From Bacteroidota bacterium (GTDB taxonomy: Bacteria > Bacteroidota > Bacteroidia > Chitinophagales > CAIODY01): 64,000 nt of DNA. The notes under the pieces are model-generated. The model was given only the letters and a program-made list of their open reading frames with translations. It searched no databases and had not been told where the DNA came from. The position numbers and the translations under genes are program-made. Numbering within the stretch: position 1 is the stretch's first letter; each line of letters begins with the position of its first letter. The stretch is from contig JBJOOR010000017.1 of assembly GCA_046051225.1 (NCBI GenBank), positions 4,879-68,878 on the forward strand. Reading direction: 5' to 3'. Below, piece by piece: positions 8,153 through 19,110 of the stretch.

Positions 8153-8283
8153 GGAATTTATCGAACAATAAAACTATTTAATTTATAAAAAAAATAGCAT
8201 TCATTTTATGCTATGTATTTCTTTCTGTTTAAATCAATAAATTTCGGTTGTGCTTTTTTACATTTGCGTACTAAAAATTAAGT

Positions 8284-8832
8284 ATGAAAAAAAGCATTCT
8301 AATTATTTCTGGCTCGGTATTGTTTTTATTTGCTTGTACATCGCAAAAAGATAAGTTAAAAGCAAAAATTTCAGCAAATGAAAAAATACTTTTGGCTGAT
8401 GAAATGGTTACACCCAAAGAAGATTCGATAGCATCGGTTTTAATTTCAGATTTTCAAACCTATGCTAAAGAAAATCCTGATGATTCATTAGCCGTTGAAT
8501 ATTTGTATAAAGCTGCCGAATATTCAAAAGGCATTTCAAAATTTAAACAAGCCGCCGATTTATACGGTATTATTTTCTCTAAATACCCTACTTCAAAAAA
8601 AGCTGCCAACAGCTTATTCTTTCAGGCTTTTACTTATCAAACCAATATTAATGACACCATAAAAGCTAAATTAATATTCAAAGATTTTATTGCCAAATAT
8701 CCTAACCATCCATTTGTAAAAGATGCTAAATTTTCATTACAGCAAATGGAAAACAAACTTTCGGATGATGAAATTGTAGCAGGCTTTATGAAAAAATTGG
8801 AAGAAAAAAACAAAACAAAATCGGCTAAATAA
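8284..8832 (+). CDS. TPR-like lipoprotein
   Basis: Lipoprotein signal LFLFAC at the N-terminus. The body is helical and TPR-like (LAVEYLYKAAEY..., ANSLFFQAFTYQ...). Confidence 0.6.
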   Translation: MKKSILIISGSVLFLFACTSQKDKLKAKISANEKILLADEMVTPKEDSIASVLISDFQTYAKENPDDSLAVEYLYKAAEYSKGISKFKQAADLYGIIFSKYPTSKKAANSLFFQAFTYQTNINDTIKAKLIFKDFIAKYPNHPFVKDAKFSLQQMENKLSDDEIVAGFMKKLEEKNKTKSAK

Positions 8833-8868
8833 AAGTTTAATTATAATCACATTCAATATACATACATT

Positions 8869-9762
8869 ATGCAAAAAATTTCGGTAATAGGTGCAGGACA
8901 AATGGGTAATGGAATTGCTCATGTATTTGCGTTAAACAACTACCAAGTTACATTAATTGATATTTCGGAAGATGCCTTAAATAAAGCTTTGGCAACTATT
9001 GCCAAAAACAATGACCGCATGCTTACCAAAGGCACAATTACAGCCGAACAGGTTGAAAATTGCAAAAAAAACATTGCTACAAATACATCTATTGCTAATG
9101 GTGTAAGCCAAGCCGAATTAGTGGTAGAAGCGGCTACCGAAAATGTAGATTTAAAATTAAAAATATTTAAAGAAATAGATGCCAATGCGCCTGCAGGTTG
9201 CATTCTGGCATCTAACACTTCATCAATTTCCATTACTAAAATTACGGCTGTTACAAAACGCCCCGAATCTGTAATTGGAATGCATTTTATGAATCCTGTA
9301 CCATTAATGAAATTGGTAGAAATTATTGATGGTTATTCTACTTCAAAAGAAGTGAGTAATACCATTGTTGAGTTATCTAAAAAAATTGGTAAAACACCAG
9401 TAGTAGTAAATGATTATGCAGGATTTGTAAGCAACCGAATTTTAATGCCGATGATAAATGAAGCCATCGAAACTTTGTTTCAAGGCGTAGGTGGTGTTGC
9501 CGAAATTGATACCGTTATGAAATTGGGAATGGCTCATCCAATGGGGCCGTTGCAGTTGGCAGATTTCATCGGTTTAGATACTTGCTTGGCAATTTTAAGA
9601 GTATTGCATGATGGTTTCGGAAACCCTAAATATGCGCCTTGTCCGCTATTGGTAAACATGGTGGCTGCTGGTAAATATGGTGTAAAAAGTGGCGAAGGGT
9701 TTTATGTATATACGGCAGGCAGCAAGGATTTGGTGGTAAGTAATCAATTTACAAAAAAATAA
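8869..9762 (+). CDS. hbd: 3-hydroxybutyryl-CoA / 3-hydroxyacyl-CoA dehydrogenase
   Basis: N-terminal Rossmann motif [14 protein letters not shown]. The rest is conserved 3HCDH body ([36 protein letters not shown]). Confidence 0.9.
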   Translation: MQKISVIGAGQMGNGIAHVFALNNYQVTLIDISEDALNKALATIAKNNDRMLTKGTITAEQVENCKKNIATNTSIANGVSQAELVVEAATENVDLKLKIFKEIDANAPAGCILASNTSSISITKITAVTKRPESVIGMHFMNPVPLMKLVEIIDGYSTSKEVSNTIVELSKKIGKTPVVVNDYAGFVSNRILMPMINEAIETLFQGVGGVAEIDTVMKLGMAHPMGPLQLADFIGLDTCLAILRVLHDGFGNPKYAPCPLLVNMVAAGKYGVKSGEGFYVYTAGSKDLVVSNQFTKK

Positions 9763-9764
9763 AA

Positions 9765-10535
9765 ATGAGTAGTTTTAAAATAGGTGGCGTTGAGTTTTCA
9801 TCACGATTATTTTTAGGAACAGGAAAATTTAGTTCGAATAAATTGATGCACGAATCAATTATAGCAAGCGGTACTGAATTAGTAACTGTGGCACTAAAAC
9901 GTGTTGATATGAAGGATAAAAAAGATGGTTTGATTGAAAATATCAAATCAGAAAAAGTTCAATTATTGCCCAACACATCAGGCGTAAGAACTGCTGCCGA
10001 AGCCATTTTTGCAGCCGAGTTAGCAAGGGAAGCCATGCAAACTAATTTATTGAAATTAGAAATTCACCCCGACCCAAGGTATTTATTACCCGATGGAATT
10101 GAAACATTAAAAGCTGCCGAAGAGTTAGTAAAAAAAGGATTTATTGTTTTACCATACATTAATGCCGACCCTGTTTTGTGCAAACGATTAGAGGATGTGG
10201 GCGTAGCGGCTGTAATGCCATTAGGTTCGCCAATTGGCAGCAATCGTGGATTAGAAACCAAAGCCATGTTGCAAATTATTATTGCCGAAAGCAATGTACC
10301 TGTAATAATTGATGCAGGTATTGGTGCACCATCGCATGCAGCCGAAGCCATGGAAATGGGTGCTAGCGCTGTGTTGGTAAATACTGCAATTGCTGTAGCA
10401 GGCAATCCTGTGGCAATGGCAATTGCTTTTAAAATGGCTATTGAAGCTGGTAGAATGGCTTTTGAATCAAAATTAGCATCGCCCATTTTTAATAAAGCTG
10501 AAGCCAGTAGCCCACTTACAGCATTTTTAGATTAA
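9765..10535 (+). CDS. thiG: thiazole synthase ThiG
   Basis: 256 aa. [31 protein letters not shown] and VLVNTAIA are characteristic of ThiG. Confidence 0.9.
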   Translation: MSSFKIGGVEFSSRLFLGTGKFSSNKLMHESIIASGTELVTVALKRVDMKDKKDGLIENIKSEKVQLLPNTSGVRTAAEAIFAAELAREAMQTNLLKLEIHPDPRYLLPDGIETLKAAEELVKKGFIVLPYINADPVLCKRLEDVGVAAVMPLGSPIGSNRGLETKAMLQIIIAESNVPVIIDAGIGAPSHAAEAMEMGASAVLVNTAIAVAGNPVAMAIAFKMAIEAGRMAFESKLASPIFNKAEASSPLTAFLD

Positions 10536-10540
10536 TTTTT

Positions 10541-12457
10541 ATGAATTTATTTTTACCTCAATTTAAAGTTTATTGGATTCGTGTTTGCATCACTATGTTG
10601 CTATTAACACTTTGCCGATTTATTTTTTTAGCCTATAACTTACATTCGTTTCAAAACATCACAATTGTTGATGCTGGCAAAGTTTTTTTCTTTGCCTTAC
10701 GATTTGATATGGTGGCAGCTATGTATTTAAATACCTTATTTTTCATTCTGCTTTCTATTTCATTTCAATTAAACTATAATAAGATTTATCAAAAAATATT
10801 AGTGGCTCTTTATGTGCTGATGCATGTACCATTATTGGTTTTAGAGTTGATTGATGCTATATTTTATCCTTATAATTTGCGCCGTTCTACATTTGGTATT
10901 ACAAAAGTTGGCGATGAGGCAGCAGGGCAATGGAAAACTTATGTAAGCTTTTATTGGTGGCTATTTATAGTATTATTTGTTTTACTTTTTTTGGTTTGGT
11001 TTTTAGCAAATAAAACCAACAAAAAATATTTTACTACTAAACCTATTCTGAATAAAAAATATTTTGCCAATTGGATAATCTGCTTTTTAATATCGGGTGG
11101 TTTAAGTTTTTTAATGATTCGGGGCGGTTGGCAATATATACCAATAAGCGGCACCACGGCTGGCGAAATGGTAGATGAAAAATATTCGCCATTGGTTACT
11201 AATTCAACAGTTATCTTTTTTCAATCAGCATTTTTACCACAAATAAAACCGGTAAAATATTATACAGATGAAGAGTGTAAAAAGATTTTTACCAATCAAA
11301 TTTATATAACCAAAAATGATACGCTTGAAAAAATATTGCACCGCAAACCAAATGTGATGATAATTATTTGGGAAAGTTGTGGTAAAGAATATGTAGGGCA
11401 CTTTAATAAAGGCAAAAATTTTACTCCATTTTTAGATTCTTTATGCAACAACTCGTTGCTATGCACCAATGCATTTGCCAATGCCAAACATAGCCACGAA
11501 GGCATGTGTGCCATCATGGCAAGCATTCCAACTATGATGGAAGAATGTTTTTATTATTCATCATACCAAAATAATAAAATAAAAGGCATGGGCGAATACA
11601 TGAAAGAGATGGGCTATACTACAGCTTTTTTTCATGGTGGCAATAATGGTTCGATGAAGTTTAATTCGTTTAGCAGAAGGTGTGGTTTTGATACTTATTA
11701 TGGTAGAGATGAATACCCCGAACCCGATAAAGATTTTGATGGAACTTGGGGAATTTGGGACCATAAATATTTTCAATATGTGGCAAAAAAAATAAATGAA
11801 ATGCCCGAACCCTTTTGTACTGGCTTGTTTACGCTTTCATCACACAATCCATTTAAAATTCCTGAAGAGTTTGCCAATAAATTTCCGAAAGATGAAAATG
11901 TACTTTTACAGCCAATTGCATATACTGATTATTCGCTTCGTAAGTTTTTTGAAACAGCATCAAAAATGAAATGGTTTAATAATACTTTGTTTGTAATTGT
12001 GGGCGACCACACCGCATGGAATACCGACCCAAACTACTCGGGCGATGCTGGAGTATTCAAATTACCCATGCTTTTTTATATGCCAGGTAAGCTAAAAGGA
12101 AACATAAATTTTGTAACGCAACAAGTTGATATTTTACCAACAGTATTAAACATGGTGGGCTACCAAGGCAAGGTAGCAGCTTTTGGCAGAAATATTTTGC
12201 AACAAGATTCGGCTACTGCAAAAACATTTACATGGTTAAATAATAATTTTTTATTGATGGATAATAATTTAACCATAAGGTACAATGGCAATAAATTATT
12301 AAGTGCATTTACTTACAAAACAGATAAAGCCTGTACCGAAAATGTTTTGATAACGCATCAACAAAAAGCGGAACAAATGAGTACCTATTTAAAAGCAGTA
12401 ATACAAACGTATAATGAAGGATTATTGAAAAACAGACTTTACCCAATTGAAAAATAA
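10541..12457 (+). CDS. LTA-synthase / sulfatase-family membrane phosphotransferase
   Basis: 638 aa with about 5 N-terminal TM helices, then an alkaline-phosphatase-superfamily domain (IIIWESCG, SSHNPF, VIVGDH). Confidence 0.75.
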   Translation: MNLFLPQFKVYWIRVCITMLLLTLCRFIFLAYNLHSFQNITIVDAGKVFFFALRFDMVAAMYLNTLFFILLSISFQLNYNKIYQKILVALYVLMHVPLLVLELIDAIFYPYNLRRSTFGITKVGDEAAGQWKTYVSFYWWLFIVLFVLLFLVWFLANKTNKKYFTTKPILNKKYFANWIICFLISGGLSFLMIRGGWQYIPISGTTAGEMVDEKYSPLVTNSTVIFFQSAFLPQIKPVKYYTDEECKKIFTNQIYITKNDTLEKILHRKPNVMIIIWESCGKEYVGHFNKGKNFTPFLDSLCNNSLLCTNAFANAKHSHEGMCAIMASIPTMMEECFYYSSYQNNKIKGMGEYMKEMGYTTAFFHGGNNGSMKFNSFSRRCGFDTYYGRDEYPEPDKDFDGTWGIWDHKYFQYVAKKINEMPEPFCTGLFTLSSHNPFKIPEEFANKFPKDENVLLQPIAYTDYSLRKFFETASKMKWFNNTLFVIVGDHTAWNTDPNYSGDAGVFKLPMLFYMPGKLKGNINFVTQQVDILPTVLNMVGYQGKVAAFGRNILQQDSATAKTFTWLNNNFLLMDNNLTIRYNGNKLLSAFTYKTDKACTENVLITHQQKAEQMSTYLKAVIQTYNEGLLKNRLYPIEK

Positions 12458-12505
12458 AATATTTCGGCAAGTACCTATTTATTGCAATGCTCATATATAT
12501 CCATT

Positions 12506-13213
12506 TTAAATATCTCCTTCGGTAGGTCTAATTACAATATCTTCAACCAATGATGAATAGGGCATTTGGTAGGCGGTATATATGATATCTGCAATATCTT
12601 TTGAAGCAATAAATCTTTCTTTTGGTAAATCAGTTCCTTTCCATGAATCAGTTAAAACAGCGCCTGGGTAAATGGTACTAACTCTAATATTGAATTGTTT
12701 AACTTCTTCTCTTAAATTTTTAGAAAAACCCGTTAAAGCAAATTTCGAAATGCTATAACTACCTCCATTTGCATAAGCCTGCAAACCTGCTACCGAACTT
12801 ATATTGAAGATATAACCCGATTTACGTTGCATCATATTTGGCAAAAAATATCTGGTAATTTCGTAAGCGCTTATCAAATTAGTTTGTAATAAAAATTCAA
12901 GTCTTCCTTCGGGTTCATCATACGTATTACCAGGCAAAAATGTACCAGCATTGTTTACTAAAATATCAATATTTGTAAAATGGTCAGCTACTTTTTTACA
13001 GAATAAATCACGTTCGGTTTTATTACTTACATCGGCTTTAATACATAGTACATCAATGTTTTGATTGAGAGCTTGTAACTCATTTTTTACTTCGTTGAGT
13101 TCATTTTCGTTTCTAGCACAAATAGCTAAATTGAAATTTTCTTTTGCAAATTTTTCTGCAATTGCTTTTCCTATACCTTTCGAAGCACCTGTAATTACTA
13201 TGGTTTTCATCAT
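12506..13213 (-). CDS. SDR-family oxidoreductase
   Basis: TGASKGIGKAIA cofactor motif, NNAG, and S...YSISK catalytic motif. Confidence 0.85.
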   Translation of the reverse strand: MMKTIVITGASKGIGKAIAEKFAKENFNLAICARNENELNEVKNELQALNQNIDVLCIKADVSNKTERDLFCKKVADHFTNIDILVNNAGTFLPGNTYDEPEGRLEFLLQTNLISAYEITRYFLPNMMQRKSGYIFNISSVAGLQAYANGGSYSISKFALTGFSKNLREEVKQFNIRVSTIYPGAVLTDSWKGTDLPKERFIASKDIADIIYTAYQMPYSSLVEDIVIRPTEGDI

Positions 13214-13218
13214 TTATT

Positions 13219-14325
13219 TTAAATTTTCGAACTTTTATTTTGTAATATTAAATCAGCAATTACACAAGCTGTTAAAGCTTCAACAATAGGCACAGCCCTT
13301 GGTACAGCACATGGGTCGTGTCTGCCTTCGGCTTTTATTTTTACTATATTTCCTTTTTTATCAATACTTTTTTGTTCGGTAAAAAGGGTTGATAAAGGCT
13401 TAAAAGCCAAATTAAAATATATTGGCATCGAGTTGCTAATGCCACCCAATAAGCCACCACTATTATTAGTTCTAGTTGATACTTTCTTTTTCGATGAAAT
13501 AAAAATATCATTATAAGCTGTTCCATTCATTGCCGCTGATTCAAATCCTTTGCCTAATTCAAAACCTTTAGTTGCATTTATATTTAATAATGCATGCGCT
13601 AACTCGGCTTGAAATTTTCCAAAAACGGGTTCGCCTAATCCAATTGGTAAACCATACACAACAGTTTGAATGCAGCCTCCAACCGTATCGCCTTGTTTTT
13701 TTATTTTTTCTAATAAAGAAATCATGTTGTTAGCAATCAATTCATTTGGGCAGCGAACGATGCTTTTTTCTATCGCTTTTTCTAAATTAATAATTTTTTT
13801 TGAAGAAATATTTCCATTCAAAAACGAATCAGCAATTTCAAATTTGCAATCTGCAATCTGATTTACCCACGAAACAATTTTGATATTATGTAATGCTAAA
13901 AATTGTTTAGCAATAGCGCCTGCCGCCACCCAACCTGCAGTAATACGAGCACTGCTGCGTCCACCACCTCTAACATCTCTTATGTCATATTTTTTATCGT
14001 AAGTAAAATCAGCATGACCAGGGCGATAAGTATTTTTCAACCATTCATAATCATTAGGTTTTGCATCTTTATTTTTGATAAGAAGAGTAATTGGTGAACC
14101 TAATGTTGTGTTATTTATTACACCCGAAATTATTTCAAATTCATCCGTTTCATTTCGTGAAGTAGTGATGCTTGATTGCCCAGGTTTGCGCCTATTTAAT
14201 TCATGTTGAATTTTTTTAAAATCTAATTTTAAATTTGCTGGGCAGCCATCAACTACAGCACCAATAGCTACTCCATGCGATTCGCCAAAACTTGTAATCT
14301 TAAAAATATTGCCTAATGTATTCAC
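13219..14325 (-). CDS. aroC: chorismate synthase
   Basis: FGESHG near the N-terminus, RPGHAD, GGGRSSAR and GRHDPC motifs. Confidence 0.92.
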   Translation of the reverse strand: MNTLGNIFKITSFGESHGVAIGAVVDGCPANLKLDFKKIQHELNRRKPGQSSITTSRNETDEFEIISGVINNTTLGSPITLLIKNKDAKPNDYEWLKNTYRPGHADFTYDKKYDIRDVRGGGRSSARITAGWVAAGAIAKQFLALHNIKIVSWVNQIADCKFEIADSFLNGNISSKKIINLEKAIEKSIVRCPNELIANNMISLLEKIKKQGDTVGGCIQTVVYGLPIGLGEPVFGKFQAELAHALLNINATKGFELGKGFESAAMNGTAYNDIFISSKKKVSTRTNNSGGLLGGISNSMPIYFNLAFKPLSTLFTEQKSIDKKGNIVKIKAEGRHDPCAVPRAVPIVEALTACVIADLILQNKSSKI

Positions 14326-14387
14326 ATTAATAATTGATTGATGATAAACGAAGTTAGATATTTTGAATTGAAAACTGGAATAAACTA

Positions 14388-15068
14388 TTAGCTAACTAAT
14401 TGCTCAAAAAAGCCACCCATCTTTTTTGATTTATCTATAAAATGGATTTCATAAATCCAATATCGGGCATTGCCTAAAATATCTTTATCTGAAATTTTTG
14501 TATGATTATCTTGATGAAAATAATTTATCATTTCATCACCCAATATATTTTCATGAGGAAAATTTCCAATTAAATGTCCGCAATGTACGTTTCCAAATTC
14601 CCAACCCATTTTTTCGGCTAACTGTTTTGTAAAGGTGTGAAAATCAGCACAGGTAATAGTTTGGCAGTGTTCATCAAAATATTTTTTACCTAAATGCCAA
14701 GCTTCTTCAACATCATTTTTCAACTTCAATTTTGCAGCATCATTTCCAATTACATAAGTTCTTCCTAAATCAGCCTCCCATTCTTCCACCACAGGTCCGA
14801 AATCAAAAAACAAAATATCATCGTCTTGAATCAGTAAATCGGTAGGATTTTCTTTGTAAGGAAACAATGTATTTGCGCCACTTCTAACAATACGTTTGTG
14901 CCAAAATTTTTGAATACCAAATAACTCATCTGCCAAATGAAATAATTTAATATTCAATTCGCTTTCCATTTGCCCTGCTATAAAATAATTTCTTCTTTCA
15001 GCTTCGTTGAATATTTCGATAGCTTTTTGCTCGGCTTCTAAAAGCTTACCCAATGCATATTTCCGCAT
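14388..15068 (-). CDS. M24-family (creatinase/prolidase fold) metallopeptidase-like protein, catalytic domain only
   Basis: FFDFGPVVEEWEADLGRTY resembles the D-x-G...D..R metal-ligand block. HCGHLIG resembles GHGIG, and there is a late E in YEIHF. No N-terminal domain. Confidence 0.55.
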   Translation of the reverse strand: MRKYALGKLLEAEQKAIEIFNEAERRNYFIAGQMESELNIKLFHLADELFGIQKFWHKRIVRSGANTLFPYKENPTDLLIQDDDILFFDFGPVVEEWEADLGRTYVIGNDAAKLKLKNDVEEAWHLGKKYFDEHCQTITCADFHTFTKQLAEKMGWEFGNVHCGHLIGNFPHENILGDEMINYFHQDNHTKISDKDILGNARYWIYEIHFIDKSKKMGGFFEQLVS

Positions 15069-15077
15069 AATGTGTTA

Positions 15078-16181
15078 TTATTTAGTATACTTTTTGAGTT
15101 CAGTATCAATGCAATTTAGTAATCCATTATGAAACTTATCATCATATAATTGCCAAAACATTATACCACCCAATTGTTTTTGTAATGCATATTTTACTTT
15201 CAATTGTACTGATTGTTCATTATCAAAAGTAAAAAATAATTTTCGGCTTTTGTTAATAGCATAAGGCGCTTGTGCGATAGAATCCCAATACATTTCAAAA
15301 CCATTTGAAGGGTTGATAATACTATCTTTAATAAGTTTGTAGCTAACAGATTTATAAAATGAACCTGATTGATATAGCCCATTATTGGTTGTATTTTTAA
15401 GATGAAAATACCTACCATAAAATGCAGAACCAATTACAATTTTAAAAGATGGAATGCCATTATTCATCATCATTTCCACAGCATGATTGGTAGATTCAGT
15501 TTGTTGTGATGTTGAATAAAGTGTCGTATGATGCCCAGTTGAAGTGCTGTAACCATGTATTAAATCGTAACTCATTACATTAATAAAATCAACATATTTA
15601 TTTATTTCTTCCCACTCAATTGATGAATCGATATAAGCAGTAAAACCACCAGCAGCAAAACTTATTTCAAAATTTTTGCCCATCGTTTTTCTTATTTCTT
15701 TTAGCAATAAAGTAAAATTGTGTTTATCAGCTTTTCTATAGGTATGGCTAGGAAATCCTTTAATGGCAGGGTATTCCCAATCTAAATCTATTCCATCTGT
15801 TTTAAAATAACGGGTAATTTTTTGTAATGATGTTGCAAAATCTTTTCGGCCTTGTATGGTATTAAATACATCCGAACAAGTTGCACAGCCACTCCAACCA
15901 CCCAACGAAAGCATTACTTTTAAATTTGAATTTCTGCGTTTTAATTCAACCATTTGTTTAATGGTTGCAGAATCAATTTTTGTGCGAATAGCAAATTTAT
16001 TTTTTTCTAAATGCCCAAACGAAAAAATAAGATGTGTTAGTTTTTCTATTTCAAAACTATCAACAGGAATACCAACGCCACAATAATAACCCACCACACG
16101 AAATGGTTTTGTAGGCTTGCTTTGTGCTGCTGTTGTTTGAAATATAAATGCTACAAATAAAATAAAATATGGTTTTATCAC
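15078..16181 (-). CDS. glycoside hydrolase family 18 (chitinase-like), secreted
   Basis: Signal peptide plus the GH18 catalytic motif DGIDLDWEYP. MSYD and GGIMFWQL blocks are also present. Confidence 0.85.
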   Translation of the reverse strand: MIKPYFILFVAFIFQTTAAQSKPTKPFRVVGYYCGVGIPVDSFEIEKLTHLIFSFGHLEKNKFAIRTKIDSATIKQMVELKRRNSNLKVMLSLGGWSGCATCSDVFNTIQGRKDFATSLQKITRYFKTDGIDLDWEYPAIKGFPSHTYRKADKHNFTLLLKEIRKTMGKNFEISFAAGGFTAYIDSSIEWEEINKYVDFINVMSYDLIHGYSTSTGHHTTLYSTSQQTESTNHAVEMMMNNGIPSFKIVIGSAFYGRYFHLKNTTNNGLYQSGSFYKSVSYKLIKDSIINPSNGFEMYWDSIAQAPYAINKSRKLFFTFDNEQSVQLKVKYALQKQLGGIMFWQLYDDKFHNGLLNCIDTELKKYTK

Positions 16182-16238
16182 GATACAATATTAACGAAGA
16201 AAAGTTTGTTGAGCTAGGTACAAAACTATTATAAAAAT

Positions 16239-17210
16239 TTATTTTTCTCTTTCGATAGTATAAGCTATTAAATCTTCTAAACCCTTTCTGTACTTGCTTT
16301 CAGGCATTTCGCTTAGCAATGAAATAGATTTATTAAAATAATCATTCATCTTGTTTTTGGTGTATTCAATACCACCTGTTTTTACCACAATTTCAATCAA
16401 TTCATTTACCGATTTTTTATCTTCATTTTTATTTTTTACAATGTTTATCAATTTGCGTTTGGTATTCGAATCTACATTTTGCAAAGTATAAATCAGGGGC
16501 AATGTCATCTTTTTTTCTTTGATATCAATGTGTGTAGGCTTACCCACATCAGCGTCGTTATAATCAAATAAATCATCTTTTATCTGAAATGCAATACCAG
16601 CTGTTTCGCCAATTAATCGCATTTTTTCAATTGTATTTTTATCAGCTGCTACAGATGCAGCGCCTACCGAACAAGCTGAAGCTATTAACGATGCTGTTTT
16701 TGCGGTGATGATTTGGAAATAAATATCCTCTGTAATATCTAGTTTTCGAGCTTTTTCTATTTGTAACAATTCTCCTTCGCTCATTACTTTTACAGCAGTA
16801 CTTACTATTTTCAGTAATTCAAAATCTTCATTTTCTACGCTTAATAATAAACCACGGCTTAATAAATAATCGCCAACTAATACCGCTATTTTATTTTTCC
16901 ATAATGCATTTATGCTAAAAAAACCACGGCGCTTATAAGCATCATCTACCACATCATCATGCACCAATGTGGCGGTATGCAGCAATTCAATGAGCGAAGC
17001 ACCACGATAAGTTTTTTCAGAAATTTTGCCACACATACCAGCCGCTAGCATTACATACATTGGGCGCATTTGTTTGCCTTTGCGCTTTACAATGTATTTC
17101 ATAATAATATCAAGCAGTGATACTTTGCTCTTTATAGATTGTTCAAATATGATTTCAAATTCATTTATTTCTGATTGAACTATTGATTGTATTTGAGAGA
17201 TAGAAGCCAA
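16239..17210 (-). CDS. all-trans polyprenyl diphosphate synthase
   Basis: First and second Asp-rich motifs, LVHDDVVDD and FQIKDDLFDY. Confidence 0.88.
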   Translation of the reverse strand: MASISQIQSIVQSEINEFEIIFEQSIKSKVSLLDIIMKYIVKRKGKQMRPMYVMLAAGMCGKISEKTYRGASLIELLHTATLVHDDVVDDAYKRRGFFSINALWKNKIAVLVGDYLLSRGLLLSVENEDFELLKIVSTAVKVMSEGELLQIEKARKLDITEDIYFQIITAKTASLIASACSVGAASVAADKNTIEKMRLIGETAGIAFQIKDDLFDYNDADVGKPTHIDIKEKKMTLPLIYTLQNVDSNTKRKLINIVKNKNEDKKSVNELIEIVVKTGGIEYTKNKMNDYFNKSISLLSEMPESKYRKGLEDLIAYTIEREK

Positions 17211-17231
17211 TGATGATAGGGGTTTGTAAGC

Positions 17232-18716
17232 TTAATTTTTACGAATGAATGAAATTGATTTAAAAATTATTTCGTTTATTTCAGGCGAAATTTTTAATGT
17301 GGTTAAAGATATAACAAATACAATTGTAGCTACGCAGCTTTTACAAAAAATAGTTACAAATGGATTTTGAAACGATGGAATATAATAAGCAGCTATGCCT
17401 GCCAATAATGCTAATAATAATGCTACAACACTTTTAAATGTAAAAGGTTGAAATTTTAATTTATACCACACAAATAAATATTTGATGATATTGAAAAAAA
17501 CAACGGTAAGCATGCCTGCTATTGCTGCGCCAATAATTCCATTGCCAGGAATTAAAAAATAATTGGCAGCAATTGTAAATACTAACAATGCTAAGATTAA
17601 ATAAAAATTAAAGCGATAGTATTTTGATGTTTGAATTATTTCGCCATTAATACTTGTTGCCATATCAATCAATCGGGCTATGCATAATAAAATAACTACC
17701 CATTTTGCCGCAGCATATTCAGGTGGTAACAGCTTAAGAAAACTATCAATATTTATGATGATAAGCATTACTAAAAAACCACCAGCAATGATTAATTGAA
17801 GTGATGATTTTTTATACAATTCATCAATTTTTTGCATTTCGTTTTTCTTCCAATGTTCGGATAAAAGCGATAATAAAATTTGAGTCATACTGCGCTGTGG
17901 CACTTGCACCACAGTGCAAATAAATACAGCTAATCTAAAAATACCTGTATCGGCTAAACCTACATATTTTGCTATCATCAAGCTATCAATATTGCTTGCC
18001 AAAGCCCATGCAGCACCACTTAACACATTTATTAAACCATAAAATAATACTTCTTTTTTTTGTGCAATGCTGTTAATTTCGGTTGAATTGCTCCAAGCAA
18101 ACCATGATTTTTTATAACTGTAAATTAATAATACTAAAAATAAAATTGCCCATACCAATACAAATCCTACTACAAAAGAATGGAAGCTAAAAACATTTAA
18201 AATGAATAGTAAAAGGCAACAAATAGTTAATATACGAAGCAAAACTTCACGGGTAAAATTAGTGAACACAATATCCATTTGCGACCTTACTAATGCTTCT
18301 AAAAAATTATAACAAGTTACAAAAATAGTAAGTGGCAATATCCACCAATAATACTGTATAAACAATGGTGAATGTTGCGAATAATGTTTTGCAAAAAATG
18401 GTTTAAACACAATGTAGGCAATAGAAACGGTAATTAATCCTACCACCATCATACGTAATAAATATTGCAAAAATCGGGGTTGATGGGTGGTATCATTTTT
18501 AAAATGAGAAGCAAAATAAAAGGCTGCATTGCCTGTGCCCAACATCGAAAAATTAGATAGAATACTTGCCAACGGAAGCATTACACCCATTGTTAAACCC
18601 AACTGTTCGGCAGATAAATAATGAGGATACAAAATAAGTGTAGATACCACACCAAGCCCAACGCCTATGTAGCTATAAATTGCAGCACCTATACTTTGTT
18701 TGATTACTATTCCCAT
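17232..18716 (-). CDS. oligosaccharide/polysaccharide flippase (MOP/Wzx-like) membrane protein
   Basis: 494 aa with roughly 12-14 predicted TM helices and an architecture typical of Wzx-type flippases. No diagnostic motif was checked. Confidence 0.6.
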   Translation of the reverse strand: MGIVIKQSIGAAIYSYIGVGLGVVSTLILYPHYLSAEQLGLTMGVMLPLASILSNFSMLGTGNAAFYFASHFKNDTTHQPRFLQYLLRMMVVGLITVSIAYIVFKPFFAKHYSQHSPLFIQYYWWILPLTIFVTCYNFLEALVRSQMDIVFTNFTREVLLRILTICCLLLFILNVFSFHSFVVGFVLVWAILFLVLLIYSYKKSWFAWSNSTEINSIAQKKEVLFYGLINVLSGAAWALASNIDSLMIAKYVGLADTGIFRLAVFICTVVQVPQRSMTQILLSLLSEHWKKNEMQKIDELYKKSSLQLIIAGGFLVMLIIINIDSFLKLLPPEYAAAKWVVILLCIARLIDMATSINGEIIQTSKYYRFNFYLILALLVFTIAANYFLIPGNGIIGAAIAGMLTVVFFNIIKYLFVWYKLKFQPFTFKSVVALLLALLAGIAAYYIPSFQNPFVTIFCKSCVATIVFVISLTTLKISPEINEIIFKSISFIRKN

Positions 18717-18787
18717 GAAGCAAACAAAGGTAATATTGTTTAGTTTATGCTATCTATTATCTTTTTATCTTTCAGCAAAAAAAATAT

Positions 18788-19066
18788 ATGAATTATATTG
18801 ATTTAATAATTGGTGCTACATTAATGAATGCCATGCCACATTATGTTTTGGGTGTTTGGAAAGGCAAAATGGTAAGCGGATTTGGTGTGGGGAATACAAA
18901 AAATATAGCATGGGGTATTTGCAATTTTTTGGTTTCAATTGGTTTGTTTGTATACAAATATGGCTTTAATGGTTTAGTTGAAAACCAATTATATATGGGG
19001 GCATTGTTTATTTTAATTACATTTTTTTTCACATCTTATTTTTGGTATCGTTTTTTTAACAAATAG
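18788..19066 (+). CDS. small integral membrane protein
   Basis: 92 aa with three hydrophobic segments. Confidence 0.5.
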   Translation: MNYIDLIIGATLMNAMPHYVLGVWKGKMVSGFGVGNTKNIAWGICNFLVSIGLFVYKYGFNGLVENQLYMGALFILITFFFTSYFWYRFFNK

Positions 19067-19110
19067 CATTAAACTAAAAATATATTTGATATACCGCAAA
19101 GTCAAGCGAT

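Noticed and set aside
10064-10486. Long antisense ORFs inside conserved genes: 10064-10486 in thiG, 38724-38993 in osmC, 49312-49836 in mreB, 52970-53353 in the RCC1 gene, 61354-61734 in sucC, and several in parC.
   Set aside because: They lie opposite genes with unambiguous family signatures. Their products are low-complexity with no recognisable motifs, so they are typical shadow ORFs.
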